Assembly: GCA_047495785.1 (NCBI GenBank)
Contig: JBLDXI010000049.1
Span: forward strand, 62,001 to 126,000
DNA from: Lepidodermella squamata
Lineage: Eukaryota; Animalia; Gastrotricha
Reading direction: 5' to 3'
DNA length: 64,000 nt
The notes under the pieces were generated by a model. That model was given only the letters and a program-made list of their open reading frames with translations. It made no database searches and was not told the origin of the DNA. Of this stretch, positions 40,641 through 53,078 are shown piece by piece. Made by a program: the position numbers and the translations under genes. The stretch's first letter is position 1; each line of letters opens with the position of its first letter.

Positions 40641-41004
40641 TGAACCCGAACAATTCTTTGTATAACAGTGATTTGTTTAGGTTAAAATTGAAAATTCTAT
40701 CGATGAAAATGGCAGTATTAATTCGAAAATAATGAGTGATGGTGCTAAACGTGTAATAGCAGCACGTAACAATGACTTTGAAACTGTTAGCTTGAGAATT
40801 CACTAAGGGCTAGGAGTCCATTATTTGATCCGAGACCACCCCTTGATGACCCATGGTAATTCCATCGTAGAGTTTGACACCCAAATTGAGGCGTTATATC
40901 CGACTTATCAAAAAAGTCGGCGCTCGTGATGAGGAAAAACAAACGACTCTCAATCTCAAAGTAACCTAGCAGGCAGGTAAAAATGACCTGCCACCTTGAT
41001 CTGA

Positions 41005-41743
41005 GAGCAGGAATCCCTAATTTCGGCCACCGCTAAATTCGGTCGCTGCGACCTAACTTCGGCCACCGGCCGAAATTAGGACACTGAGTGCTGTGCAGCG
41101 GGCTTTTTCCCCGCAAATCAAGAAATTTTCATTGTTAAGGAAATCTTCTGTTTCATGATTTTTCAAGCACGTGATCGCAAAAAACAGTCATAAATCACTC
41201 TAGAAAAGTCCCGTAATAGGCCTAAAAAGAATGGGGACGCGGGAAGAACTTTGTCACGTTGTTTCTAAGGGACAAATAGAGTCCCTTTCTTTTTTGAATT
41301 GTCCCTTAAAAAAGTGACAAAGTTCTTCCCGCTCTTTTTAGGCCTATTACGGGACTTTTCTAGAGTGATGCGGGCGAGGGGGGTCATGTCGCTACTCGAC
41401 TGCTTTTTTTACCATAAACACCAGAGTTTCAGGCATCACATCTTCAAGGAAAAGCTCCCAGGTAAAGATACAAAGGCGATTTCCCCACTCAGCTTGTCGA
41501 GACGACTTTAACGGTATCAAACTTGAGGTATTAGCCTAACTGGATGAGGTGGCCGAAATTAGGGCACTGGGTTCCCTATTTACAGCATAAATCAAGGTGA
41601 AATCGTCCAGAATTGCGGAAACTGGCATTCGATAGCCCAAGAACTCCTCTACAATTCATATTCGTCAAATATTTTCTAAAAACTCATCTGGCTGGCAAAG
41701 TAGGAGAAACCCGGAAAGTGGCCGAATTTAGGGCGGCTTGCTC
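41005..41743. mobile_element. Non-autonomous TIR element, copy 2 (with nested palindrome)
   Basis: TIRs gagcaggaatccctaatttcggccac / gtggccgaatttagggcggcttgctc. Body is homologous to 10330-10753. Confidence 0.7.
41194..41369. mobile_element. Palindromic MITE nested in the above element
   Basis: atcactctagaaaagtcccgtaataggcctaaaaaga... is inverted against ...tctttttaggcctattacgggacttttctagagtgat. It is absent from copy 1. Confidence 0.75.
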
Positions 41744-42367
41744 GCACTCAAATTTGGAAAATTTATATACAATATGGCACGGTCTACGAGATAAATATCG
41801 AATTTTTAAATGCTGATAGTTCGTATTGCTTATTTTACGATAACGCAATCGCCCATTGGGATGAATTTCCTAATACGATATGACCTATACTATATTTCTG
41901 AGCTTTATTTATACCCGATTATCAGTTCAATTTAGTCCAATTTTCTAGGCTTTTTCAGCCTATGACACGAATCTGTCTCATTTATTTGGGCTGGCTGACG
42001 AAAATGTTAGTCCGAAATCGACCTGGTATTTAAACCTGGATTTCCCGATGTTACACTGATATGTTTTCAATATGAATATTGGCGACATTTTGTGGTAAAA
42101 TTTTGCCCAGTTCAAGTTTTTAAGCTTTTTCGTTGAATTTATTTAGAGATCGACCATAGCATTATATTGAATTTTGAATTTTTCCCTCATATTTTCTTGC
42201 CTTTTATATAAGCTCAATTTAAATCTCACTCTCATTGGTCATCAAGCTGACAATTTTTGAAGAAATATCGCGTGCCAGAATGGTGCAGTCTAACAAGAGC
42301 TTTTCACGATTTCATGTTACTGAATTTTTCATTTCTTCATCTTACAACTTACTAACAACACTTAGTA

Positions 42368-45300
42368 ATGGCGAAAATTCAACTCGCCCTCTTGTTTTTT
42401 ATTCTCAGCTTTCACTTCGCAGCAGGTAAATTTACCAATAAATTATACGCGTATTCATTACTTTTTTAATTTTTTAGGCGAGGAGTTCTCGAGTTACTGC
42501 ACCGATCATGGCCACGGTCAAAAGTTGATGACATCTTTATCCCTAAAAACAACCAACCACGGCCAGCTATTCAGCCACGATCCTCGCAATTTCACCGATT
42601 CGAAGCCATTCAAGCGTATCAAATGTGCATGGCGGCTGCTTTTCGACGATTTCATCAGCGAACTCGATGATCTTATCGCAGCTCCGAGGTCGAACGACTT
42701 ACTCGCCGAGCAGGACGCGATACAACGGTCTCAAAGGCCTAAACCCCGTTTCCGAATGGGAACCGATGGCGACGATAGCCAATCGCTGCGGCTTGAATTT
42801 CACGATTTCGACATTGCCGAGACGAAATTCGATCAAAACGACCTGGACGAGCGGAAAGTTGTTGATGATTCAGGGCGGCGATGTGAGCGTAACTGGGTCA
42901 AAATTTCCTACATTGACGGTCACGCGAATAAGCAAGAATTAGGCCAATTTTGCGGTAAGGTTTCAATACCGAATTTCTACGGCGAACCTGGCCGATCGGT
43001 TATTATCGAAGTTGAAATAAATGACGCGCCGGCTAAGCCGTTTCGCATCGATTTTCACACCGGCCGGGCGTTGGAATCGCATAACAAGCAGTGTTCCATG
43101 TCGTATTTCGCGTGTGAGAATTTTCATGACCTACTTCAACCAGGCGGGTCAAGGTGCATTCCCGACTCGTACAAATGCGACACGTTCGGCGACTGTCCGA
43201 CGCGAGATGACGAGCGCGGCTGTGTTAAAGACAAGCCAAAGCCGGAGGAAATGCCGCTGGAGGCTGGTGATATGGCTCCGATTGAGCGCGAAATTATCGA
43301 TTCTGGTTGTGGCTCGCCGCGCTATCAAACTGGGTCAAGTGGTGCGTTCGGGTCGAAAAATTACCCGAAAAAATACGACAATAATGTGCGATGTGTCTGG
43401 TACATTATGTCACCTCCTGATACGGTAATTAACTGTCTACTCGTGAATCAAATTTTATTCGGGTCTTAATTTTAGCGGAACCAAATTTGAATGTAGCGGA
43501 ACCAAATTTGCCTGTTAGCGGAACCAAATTTAGGAATTTTCGAAGAGCCTAAAGCCACTTTTTGAAGCTTTCAAGCTTGTCATGATCTATCAGCATAATT
43601 TGAAATAAATCATCATTAAATTCAGCGTAAAATTCTGTAAAAGACGCATTCTTCACTATACGATTCATGCATTGCCTCAATTTCGTAGAAAAATTCAAAA
43701 AGTCACCTTTCGCTTACCTAAAATTTGGTTCCGAAAAATGCCGATTTGGTTCCGCTTTTTGTTTATTAAAAATGTCATTTTCAAAATTATCAATTAATGG
43801 ATTTATGAAAATTTAATGAATTTGGATTTTTTTTTAATTTTTTAAAATTTAAAATAAAAAAACTCTAGAATTAGAATTCAAATTTAAATTTGGGTCCCCT
43901 ACAAAGTAGGGAAAATTTAGTAAAAGGCTTCAAAACAAAAGCTTCAAAGCACCATGACCTCAAAGCAAAATAAAAAAATTGCTTCAGAGTAAAATAATAA
44001 CATTAATTCCAAAACATGCTGATCATTGCGAAATACTTTATTTTACTTTTTTAATGGGAGTGCTTTGAAGCCATTTGGTCTGGAGAGCGCACCATTTGTT
44101 GCGTCATAATTTCTTTGAAGCCTTTTACTTCGTAGGGGACCCTTAAATTTAATTGAAAAATAATCAAATTTTTCACGATGAATTTTGATAATTTTTAGAA
44201 AATCTTGATCACCTTCAATCAAACTTTCGGCATCGAGCCATCTGAAACGCAGGGTGACTGTTCATTTGATGCGCTCAATTTCTACCCTCGCGGGGTCGAC
44301 TCAATGAAATTCGGCCAACGAGTGTGCGGAAAATCGACGCCGAAATCACTGATAATCGGCTCGTCATGGGTTATGGTTGTCTTCGAAACCGACTCATCAA
44401 CAACTATGGACGGCTTCTTCCTAAAATGGAAGTCAATAACGGCGCTTGAGGAATCTACCTTAACCGGGTCAACGAATTTGAAACCACCCGTTCCAACCCC
44501 GCCGGCTAATAGCGAAGATTCCTGCACAACTTCCACCGGAATTTCACTGAAAGACCACTCTGGCTTCATCCAATCACCAGCCTATACCATGTCCCCAACC
44601 TACCCGTCCACCTTAATGTGCCGTTGGCAGCTGTTGCCAGCTCCAAAGGCGAAGGATGATAGTTACAATTTGACGCGAATCGAATTTCGATTTCTCGATT
44701 TTTCGGTCCAAGCTTCGAAAGAATGCGCCGCTGATTTTCTGATGATTAAATACCAAGATTTGGACAACAAGCCGCAATGGGTCAGGTTTTGCAACGGCGC
44801 CAATGAACCGCCGTTCGAAGAGGCCTTCGTCATTAACACGCGAAATGGCGCCGAAATCATTTTTCGCGCCGATTCTTGGATTGAAGATCGCGGTTTTGAA
44901 TTTTCGTACAAAGCCGTATTTGCGGAGGATGAAAAATTGCCGGCACTAATTATTGGCCACGATGATGAGGTGCTTTCGCCCACGTGCGGTTTGGCGCCTA
45001 ACGCCCTGGCGCCGGCTTCTCCCGTGTTTTCTGGGTCATCGCCTTTCCTAATTGGAGGGTCCACTATTGTTGAGGTAGGTACATTTTTATTATAAATTTT
45101 AGAAATTTTTTGAAGTCCGCCTGATTTTTAGAACGGCGTTTTCCCTTGGATGGTTCACTTGATGTTTCAAAAGCAACACCGATGTGCCGGAACAATTATC
45201 AGCGACAGTGAGTTTTTGAAGTCCCATTTCGATTTTCCTTAATAGTTTGGATTATTTTAGAATGGATCCTGGCTTCGGCTCATTGTTTTCAAAATGAGTA

Positions 45301-46051
45301 CCGTAATGTTAAGCTATGGGAAGTTTCGATCCCAAGCGGCTCTGCTGCGGTCGCTGGCCCTCCAATCTCCAACATTTACGCTCACGTTGAGTTTGGGAAA
45401 GTGCCCGGAAATTCGAAAGAATTCGACATTGCTCTGATCAAGCTTGCAACTCCGGTAAAACTTGATTATTTTCCGTATTAAATTTGTAGGATTTTAAGAA
45501 CAATGTTAAAAGGTCAAAAATAATTCGAAAATAATTATTGATAATTTTAAGCTGGATTTTTTAACAAATTAACAATTAATAAGATCAATTTTGATGGGCA
45601 AACTGGAGCTATTTGTTTGCCATCTCGCGACGTTCGCCGCTATGATCGATGCTACACAATCGGCTGGCACGAATCGAAATCAGGCCGGAAGGACAAACTG
45701 CGCCAAATTCACGTGCCAATCGTGTCCCAAGAAAAGTGCCGCAATCGCCATGTCATGTATGAAGCCCTTGTGACAAAAAACATGTTCTGCGCTGGCTATG
45801 AAATTGGATCTAACCAATTGTGCCACGGTACTAGAGAAAATCATATATCAAATTATTTAATTTTCAATTATTTTTCCGCAGCAATGCTCGACTCTGGAAG
45901 CCCGCTCGCTTGCCAAGTCGGAGCTAAATGGGAACTACATGGACTGTTATCATTCGGTAAAGGATGTGCAGGATCCCGGGCCCCTGATGTCTACACCCGA
46001 ATCTGGGCTCTCTCGGAATGGATTCAAAAAGTCATCGCAAAATTTGCCTGA
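42368..46051 (+). CDS. Secreted modular S1A serine protease: SP-CUB-LDLa-CUB-CUB-trypsin domain
   Basis: Signal exon MAKIQLALLFFILSFHFAAG; CUB motifs (CAWRL, FCGK; NYPKKYDNNVRCVW; YPSTLMCRW); LDLa CIPDSYKCDTFGDCPTRDDERGC; protease LIGG, FPWMV, ASAHC, DIALIKL, DSGSPL, PDVYTRI. Confidence 0.9.
43473..43756. repeat. MITE-like element with sub-terminal repeats
   Basis: Three direct tagcggaaccaaattt copies and two inverted atttggttccg copies. Confidence 0.55.
43892..44142. mobile_element. MITE in a protease intron
   Basis: TIRs gggtcccctacaaag / cttcgtaggggaccc, with internal inverted aaaaggcttcaaa motifs. Confidence 0.65.
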
Positions 46052-46329
46052 ATTTCTATCAAAAACTTGATCATTTTATTGTTTGAACTCTTGTTGAAGA
46101 AAACTTTTATATTATAATAAAATAATAACGCGCGGCTTGTTAGTTGTTTACGTGAACTTTAGGGTGCACTAAACTTGTACAATTACCATTCCGTTAAAAG
46201 AAAAAACCCTCACTTGGTTTAATATTATTAGGTATGTACCTGCGTGAGGGTTTCATAACAATGGGAAGGAAACAAATAATGCCGAAACTGTATTAGTATC
46301 ACAAGTTGTAGTCGCCCAACAAGGAGAAT

Positions 46330-47071
46330 ATGAGCATGAATGTGAAATTTTCATGCATTTCGCTTATCACTGCGCTAATTTCGTTGGCTTCATGGTTCAA
46401 CTTAGGGGTTCAGTTTACAGGTAGGGCCTGTTTGCATCAGCAATTTGTGTTTTTTAGCTACGATTTCGAAGTTAGAAGCCGCTTATGGATTGACAATTAA
46501 CTGCATCGAAAGTACTACAACCTCATTTCGAGACGTTTACAATGCCACCAGCACGTGCGAAACAGAGGGATTCTGCATGGTTTGTCTTATATTAAATGAA
46601 AAAAATATATATAAATTTATTCAGTAGTAAATTCCTACCTTATCGAGGGTAATTTGGGAGCATTTTATTTTTCGTAAGAATCAGCCTTGTCCCTAAAATT
46701 CTGGAATTTCTAACAAAAATTGACGTGGTTATCCCTGATTTTTCTGGGAAATTTGAGAATCTCTCTGTTATAACCTAATTTAATTTACTGTAGTCAATTA
46801 TTTGGACTTTTCCAATGGGACAAGTCAATTCTTGATTAATCTTATTTTACAGAAGCGTGTTCATTCCTATACGAAAACGAATAAAACCATTTTTCGATAC
46901 TGCACGTTGGAATGCGAAGGCGACACGATTTGGGCCGAGAGGAAGGAATTTTTCCTTGAAATGTACTGCTGTTCTATTCGAAATTTGTGCAATCACGCCA
47001 GCCAACCGACGAAGCCTCAATTTATATCATTTTCATTGATCTCCGCTTTTATATTGGTGGTTATGCAATAA
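46330..47071 (+). CDS. Quiver/sleepless-like Ly6 (three-finger) GPI-anchored protein
   Basis: Signal peptide; INCIES..TCETEGFCM|KRV..FRYCTLEC..MYCCSIRNLCN; hydrophobic C-terminal tail. Confidence 0.8.
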
Positions 47072-47180
47072 ATTGTTGGAGATTATAAAAATTCGTAATT
47101 TTTCTCAAACCAAAAATTTTATTCGTGAAAAAGAAACACAAGAAAAATCAATGAGACGAAAAACGTGAAAGCCTGAGAGA

Positions 47181-49543
47181 TTAGTAACGAGCCATTTCTT
47201 CCATTGGTATCGCGTCGACGTTGCTACCGGCCGGGGCGCCACTAGCGTCTGATGCGTTCCGTTTCTTAGCCAGGGTCAGTTTATCGACGATTTCTCTGGC
47301 TGGCACGCCAACTGTTTCGGGCAGGAACATGTACAGCAGGAAAAGTTCGATAAGGCAGATGAGAGACATTATCACAATCTCAGATTCACGAATGCTCTGG
47401 AATGAATTGAAAATTGTAAATTATCTAAAAATATAGGTCATTTGCTGACCCCTAAAAAAGTGGTGCATGTGCGCGCGTGCCAATTCGCATTTTTAAGAAA
47501 CGTTGAGCTGCGCGTTGACAAAGGGTTACTTTCAAATATTAAGGCGGTTTTCATGCCTTAATAAACCCCAAGCAATCCTCCGTCAAGGAATGTAAAAACC
47601 GCCTTAATATTTGAAAGTAACCCTTTGACAACGCGCAGCTCAAAGTTTCCTAAAAATTCGAATTGGCACGCGCGCACCTGCCCCACTTTTTTAGGGATCA
47701 TGCCCTCTTTATTCGCACTTGCATATAATTTTATTATTGGGTCTGTGAATTTTCGAATAATTCGAGAAAAATAAGAAGTTGGAAGAAATCAGCTCACCTC
47801 TTCGTCGAAAATTTGCCTCGCCAACATTTGGATGGCCAAGTCACCAATAGAGGCCAGCACTATTGAGAAGCTGTTAGCCGCTATACGGTATGCCGGAGCA
47901 AACATTTCGGCAATCATGAAAGCTGAAATCGGAGCCGGGCCAACTGAGTTGGAAATTGCGTAGGAAAAGTGCCCGGCTACTACGGCGGCGAAATTTTGGT
48001 AGTGAAGGCCGATTGCGAGAACGAAGAAAGAAATGGCCATTGAAGCTAGGCCGCCGATCATTAAAGGTCGCCGGCCGATTCGATCGACGAAAAATAGGTT
48101 GATTACCAGACCGATGACGAGAAACACCACTCGGCCAGAAACAAGCCCTAAAGAGTAAAACAATTCTCAACATTTCAGTTTGAAATTTTTTAGACAATAT
48201 TTCATGTTTTTAATTTAATTTTTTTTGTTTAAATTTTTTTTAAATTTCAGTTTGTTTTCTAAATTTTTTGTAATTTCAGCTCTGACTAATGGAATTCTTG
48301 GAATTTTACCTAAGGAATTAATTCCTAATTGCGGCTGCGAGACCGTGAATCCGGTAATATTCCGGTAAGATTCGCCCCGGAAAATTTCGCCAACGTAAAA
48401 GCCAGTTGTGATGAGGTGGACCAAGGCCACGCTGATCGAAATGAAAAGAGGCAGGCCGAATTCGCCGCAGTGGTTGCACATGCACACGAATAGGTTGAAT
48501 TTCTGGCCGCGTTTCGATTTTTCGTACTCCTCGGCTTCTTTTTTCAGCTCGTCAAGCTCCTTTTCGCGGCGGCCGAGTTGTTGTAGGGCTTCTTCGGCTT
48601 TTACGAAGAGCTGTTTATGAACGAGCCAGCGTGGATTGTCGGCGCTGAAGAAGTATAGTAGGACGGCTTGAACGGCATGCGTCAGGATCGCGAAAACTGA
48701 AAAATTAAATTAAATTAATTTTTTCAATTAATTTTGAAAAAACTTAAATGAAATTTAAATTTTAACTTTCAAGTTGAAATTGAAAATTTTTATTTTGATT
48801 CGATATTTTGTAAAATTTTAAATTTAAATTTAAATTACTGTTCAAAAAATGCCATAGGATGATTGGATAGTCGACTAGTATAGCATAGGATAGGGTTGCT
48901 ACAGCGAATCCGAGGGCGAAAAACACGCCTTGAAGGCTGGCACATGTCCCTCGAAGACTCTTCGGGGCGATTTCGACGAGTATCGCAGGGGTAATTAGAA
49001 GCTCACACGCTGCAAAAAAATCGGAAAAAATTATGAAATTTACGTGAAAACATCACTCACCATGAATCATGCCAATAAGAGGGCAAGACGCTGGCCATAA
49101 AAACATTCCAGGCATGTCAGTATCTCGTTCGAAGGTCAGTAAGTAGCTCAAGAACAGCATCACACAGGCATGAGCCCCTTCAACAAAAGCCATAGCAACC
49201 CTGAACAATTTCGATAAAAATTCGATTTTTTTTAACCGAAATGATCTAACCTGTCCGAAATGCGGTCACGCTGCGTGTTCCTCAGAAACATTGATATCAG
49301 GATCATGATTCCTATGCCGACTCCGTAAAAGCTGAAAGCTAGAGGGAATTCTTTTCGATGATATGCCGATAATTCAGGGGCTATTCTCGCGATGCAGCTC
49401 CATTGCAAGAAATAGCAGCAAATCGTGATTTGGCCCATAGCAACGGCCACGCTTGATATCACCAATTTCGGCGTCCATCGCTCGTTCGTACCCGGTGACT
49501 CATCTTCGATTAGCAACGGCGGCGATGGCCGTCTTCGAAACAT
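47181..49543 (-). CDS. MFS sugar porter (GLUT/SLC2-like), divergent
   Basis: ILVEIAPKSLRGTCASLQGVFFALG, DNPRWL, VDRIGRRPL, GPAPISAFMIAEMF..YRIAA, FLPETVG. Confidence 0.85.
47446..47700. mobile_element. Near-perfect long palindrome (MITE) in a transporter intron
   Basis: Arms of about 110 bp, tgacccctaaaaaagtgg...aaggcggtttt, inverted against aaaaccgcctt...ccacttttttagggatca. Confidence 0.8.
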
Positions 49544-49882
49544 TGACAATAAGCCGGCTATGATACAGCAGATACGTATAAGTACTTTGCAGAAGTTTAA
49601 ATTGGTGAAAATGAAGTAAATTCAATTGTCAGTTTTGCGACATGAGTCGCCAGGTGTTTCGTGTTCACTTCACATAACCAGCCGCTTGTGCAAATAGCGG
49701 AAACAACGCGCCAGATGCTAACATTCAGACCTCTGCTCTTCTTTTTTCTCGAAATTTTGAATAACGTTTTGAGTAAAATGTAAAATTTATTGTTTTTCAG
49801 GAATATAATTTTCTGCAAATTTTCGAAAAATAAAAAAACCGATAGACAACCGACGCGATATTCCCAAATTTCTAGCTCCCTA

Positions 49883-50062
49883 CAGGGCGGCCAAAAAATT
49901 CCGCAGAAGGCGAATTCGATGCGCATCATTTTATTGAGGAGTTTCGAGAAATTGAGGAGTTCCATTGGCGAAAGAATGCTTGAAATTCTTCAGCTTCTTA
50001 AAACTCCTCATTAAATTGATGCGCATCGAATTCGCCGTCTGCGGAATTTTTCGGCCACCCTG
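49883..50062. mobile_element. Tc1/mariner-type MITE
   Basis: TA|CAGGGCGGCC...GGCCACCCTG|TA with long inverted arms. Confidence 0.8.
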
Positions 50063-50071
50063 TACACCCTA

Positions 50072-50247
50072 CAGAGTGGCCGCAAAAAGTCGCAGATGGG
50101 GCAGAATTGTTGCGCATAGATTTAATGATGAGTTTTGAAAGTTTCAAAAAACTTCACTCTTCAATTTCTTCAATTTCAATTACTTCTCATTAAATTGATG
50201 CGCAAAAAATTTCCGCCCCATCTGCGGCTTTTATTGCGGCCACCCTG
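50072..50247. mobile_element. Second, related Tc1/mariner-type MITE, immediately adjacent
   Basis: TA|CAGAGTGGCCGCAA...TTGCGGCCACCCTG. Shares ctcattaaattgatgcgca with the previous copy. Confidence 0.75.
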
Positions 50248-51136
50248 TGTAATTTTGGCTGTTCAGAGCTCGAAATATTTGTTGATACCGTAGTTACCGA
50301 ACTACGGTATTTGTTGAGTTTATCCTCTGACGCATCGGTGAATTTTGAATCCGAAAACCGACGCTGTATCATAGCAACGGCTGCCAATTTGCGAAATCAT
50401 CTCCAAAGATGACGACGAACACTCAACAAATCCACTTTTGTGAGGTTTATTGAGCCATTTTTTCTGACTCCACATTCAACAGAAGTAATTAAGTTTCAAT
50501 AGCGAGGATATAAACTGCGCGCACGGTTGAAACCTGAGCTGAAGCAAAACAATAATATTTCATTATTTTTAGCTCTGGGTTCGCATGAAACAAAAATAGA
50601 AAGTATAACTCGGACATATAAGGCAAGGGAATTGTTGCTGGTCAAAAGAAATACATAAACATTTTTATTAAACGGTAATTTATTGGGTAAAAAGTTTAAT
50701 TTTCACTTTTCCAAAGTGTTGCCATTTCTCTTCAAAGTCATCCAATTTTCCTCAAAATCTCTCCTCAAGTGTTCAACGTGAACGTGAAGAAATCATTTTT
50801 GACGCATAGTTTTCTCTCGGTATATACGATTGACGCCATGAAAAATTCTCGCAAACGTTTCGAGCAATTTGGCAAACAGACTTTTTCAGTGAAGGAAATG
50901 AAAACGAAAAGATGCATAGTTTATTTGCAATATTTTTCAAAATAAATTTTTCGGAAGCGGCAAATGAGAATTTAAGCTATAACCACGCATTTAATTAAAA
51001 AATTGTCAATCGCAAATGCAATAATTGCCCAGAGCTCAAGGAAAAATAAACAAAATAGTTTTAATATCTGCGCTGCTCGAATCATTGGAATGCTATCAAA
51101 ACCAAGACAATTTTGTTTGAAAGCATCATCAGAATA

Positions 51137-52715
51137 ATGCTAACTTCACTAACTCTACCTTTGCCTCTGATAGTAATTCTAACAATCACGCGTAAGTTTC
51201 CACTGCCGAATTAATCAGTGTCAGCAATTTCAGCAATTAATAGCTTCTGTGATTCCGGTTGATTGTCCTCCGTATGAGTATGAAGATCCACTCGCAGAGG
51301 TTCCCCTGCCAACTGCTGACTATAGTCAAAGAATTTATGAAGACCTAAGTCTAACAAAATTCACTTGCTTGTCTGCGGATCAATCTGTTTATAAGGCACT
51401 TGGCGTTGTTTCTGGCCTAAATGCTCCCGATTTAGTCCTGGGATCGGGCGATGGAAAGGCGGGTGCTATCTATTTCCTAGAGGCGGTATTGTTGAAAGTT
51501 ATAAAATGTCCTTATTTCGTTACTAAACTTAACATTAACAGCTCGCAAGCCACAAAATTTGGCGCGTGGAGTTGTCTGTATCGCTTACATATACGATAAA
51601 TGCGGAAGACACAGCGGGTAATTTTACTTGGATTTTCATGATTTGACCCTTATATCGCGCTCACCAAGGCGCCTTTTTCACTTTGTTCTTTCTCAACAAG
51701 GCCGCTATGAAAGAGCCTTGTGATGGAAGCAATATCTGCATTGACAACATGAACATGCAAGGCTATGCAGTGATCTTGAAACCGCATCACGGATTTACCT
51801 ATCAATACGGTGTTTACAAGGGAATGGGGTCAAGCCTAACAACAGATGAATCGGATACTACTCGGGTACCTGGTTGCCCAGCTCCCTCCCATGCCGGTCA
51901 GGATCCATACATCGACGTATTGTTAGTTCTTCAAAAAGATGGCGAAGAAAACATCACGAAAGTATAAAAGCATTCGAATTTTCGGCTATTTTGAAAACAT
52001 ATGTATTAAGTTATATGTTGCGGCAAATGGTGCCAGCTTAGATGGAAATAATATATGCAGCCAGTTGGCGACTGAGGAGAACAAAGATGATGGTAGTGGG
52101 ATACAGAAGCTCATAGACATTCCAAATTTGGTGATGGGCATGGCGACGTCGAAATTCACAAAGGCGGTAATCCAGTATGTCAAATTCTATGATTTGACGC
52201 CGCCAGATCCGCCCGATACAACAACTTCAACAGCCCTGACTGACTCAACGTCAACAGAATCTGCTACGACCTCAACTAGAAAGGTATCAACAACTAAAAC
52301 AGCACAGACTTATTCAACTTCAACCGTATCTGCTTCAACGACAACCAGCAAGCCATTGACATCTCCAGCCAAGACAAAACAGAGTATGAACTCAAGGGAC
52401 TGCTCGTCCTGAAAAAGGGATTACAAATTTCGATTTATTTCAGCAACAATAGCTTCGACTGATTCACCGTCGACCGAATCTGCTTCGACGTCGTTGAATG
52501 TAGAGTCAACAACTCAAACAAGTGGAACTTCAAGCAGTACGGTTGCGCTTCAATGGGTTTGAGTTATTTCGTGAACTTTGATTTAAACTAGAATCTATGT
52601 ATGACATAGCCTTCAACGGACGCGGCAACTGTTACTTCAAGTGGAGCAGGTTTCACGCAACAAATGGCTTCAAGTGATACTGCATCAGTGACTGACGCCA
52701 CGTCATCCTCATCAG
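51137..52715 (+). CDS. Signal peptide + L-type-lectin/ConA-like beta-sandwich + Ser/Thr mucin stalk (5' part of a probable chimeric channel gene)
   Basis: Exons 51137-51191, 51244-51485, 51542-51617, 51669-51961, 52011-52383, 52444-52556, 52610-52687/52715. Motifs GAIYF..WRVELSV..GAFFTLFF..GYAVIL..LYVA..C..LVMGMATS..IQYVKFYDL, followed by more than 120 aa rich in S/T. Confidence 0.7.
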
Positions 52716-53078
52716 GTGCGTTTTGTCCTTATGACTGCCCCTTACAACCCTAGAGTTCCGATTAGGCTCAGCCGAAGGAGTGGCAGATGACATTATCCCT
52801 GCCAAAATCTTGAAAACGTAAGAGAGACCCCTTTGCTCTTTCGAAAATTTCCAAATTTCCGGACTTCTGACTTCTGAGGGGTAAGAGGCTCCTCCTTAGC
52901 CGAGAGGGATCCCTGTACAACCTACTTGAAAACTTCACACTTCCTGAGTTCGGATGGTAGAAAGGATATGGGATTTGCTGCACGGAAATTTCGGGATTTG
53001 GGATTTGCTGCTGTGATTTAAAAATCCGAATTTTGTAGAGTTAGGAAGGTAGATGTGACTTTCACCGTGAATTAACAG

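Noticed and set aside
43473-43530. Three 16-bp direct repeats, superficially CRISPR-like
   Set aside because: They lie in a eukaryotic intron with spacers of only a few nt and no cas genes; they are part of a MITE-like repeat.
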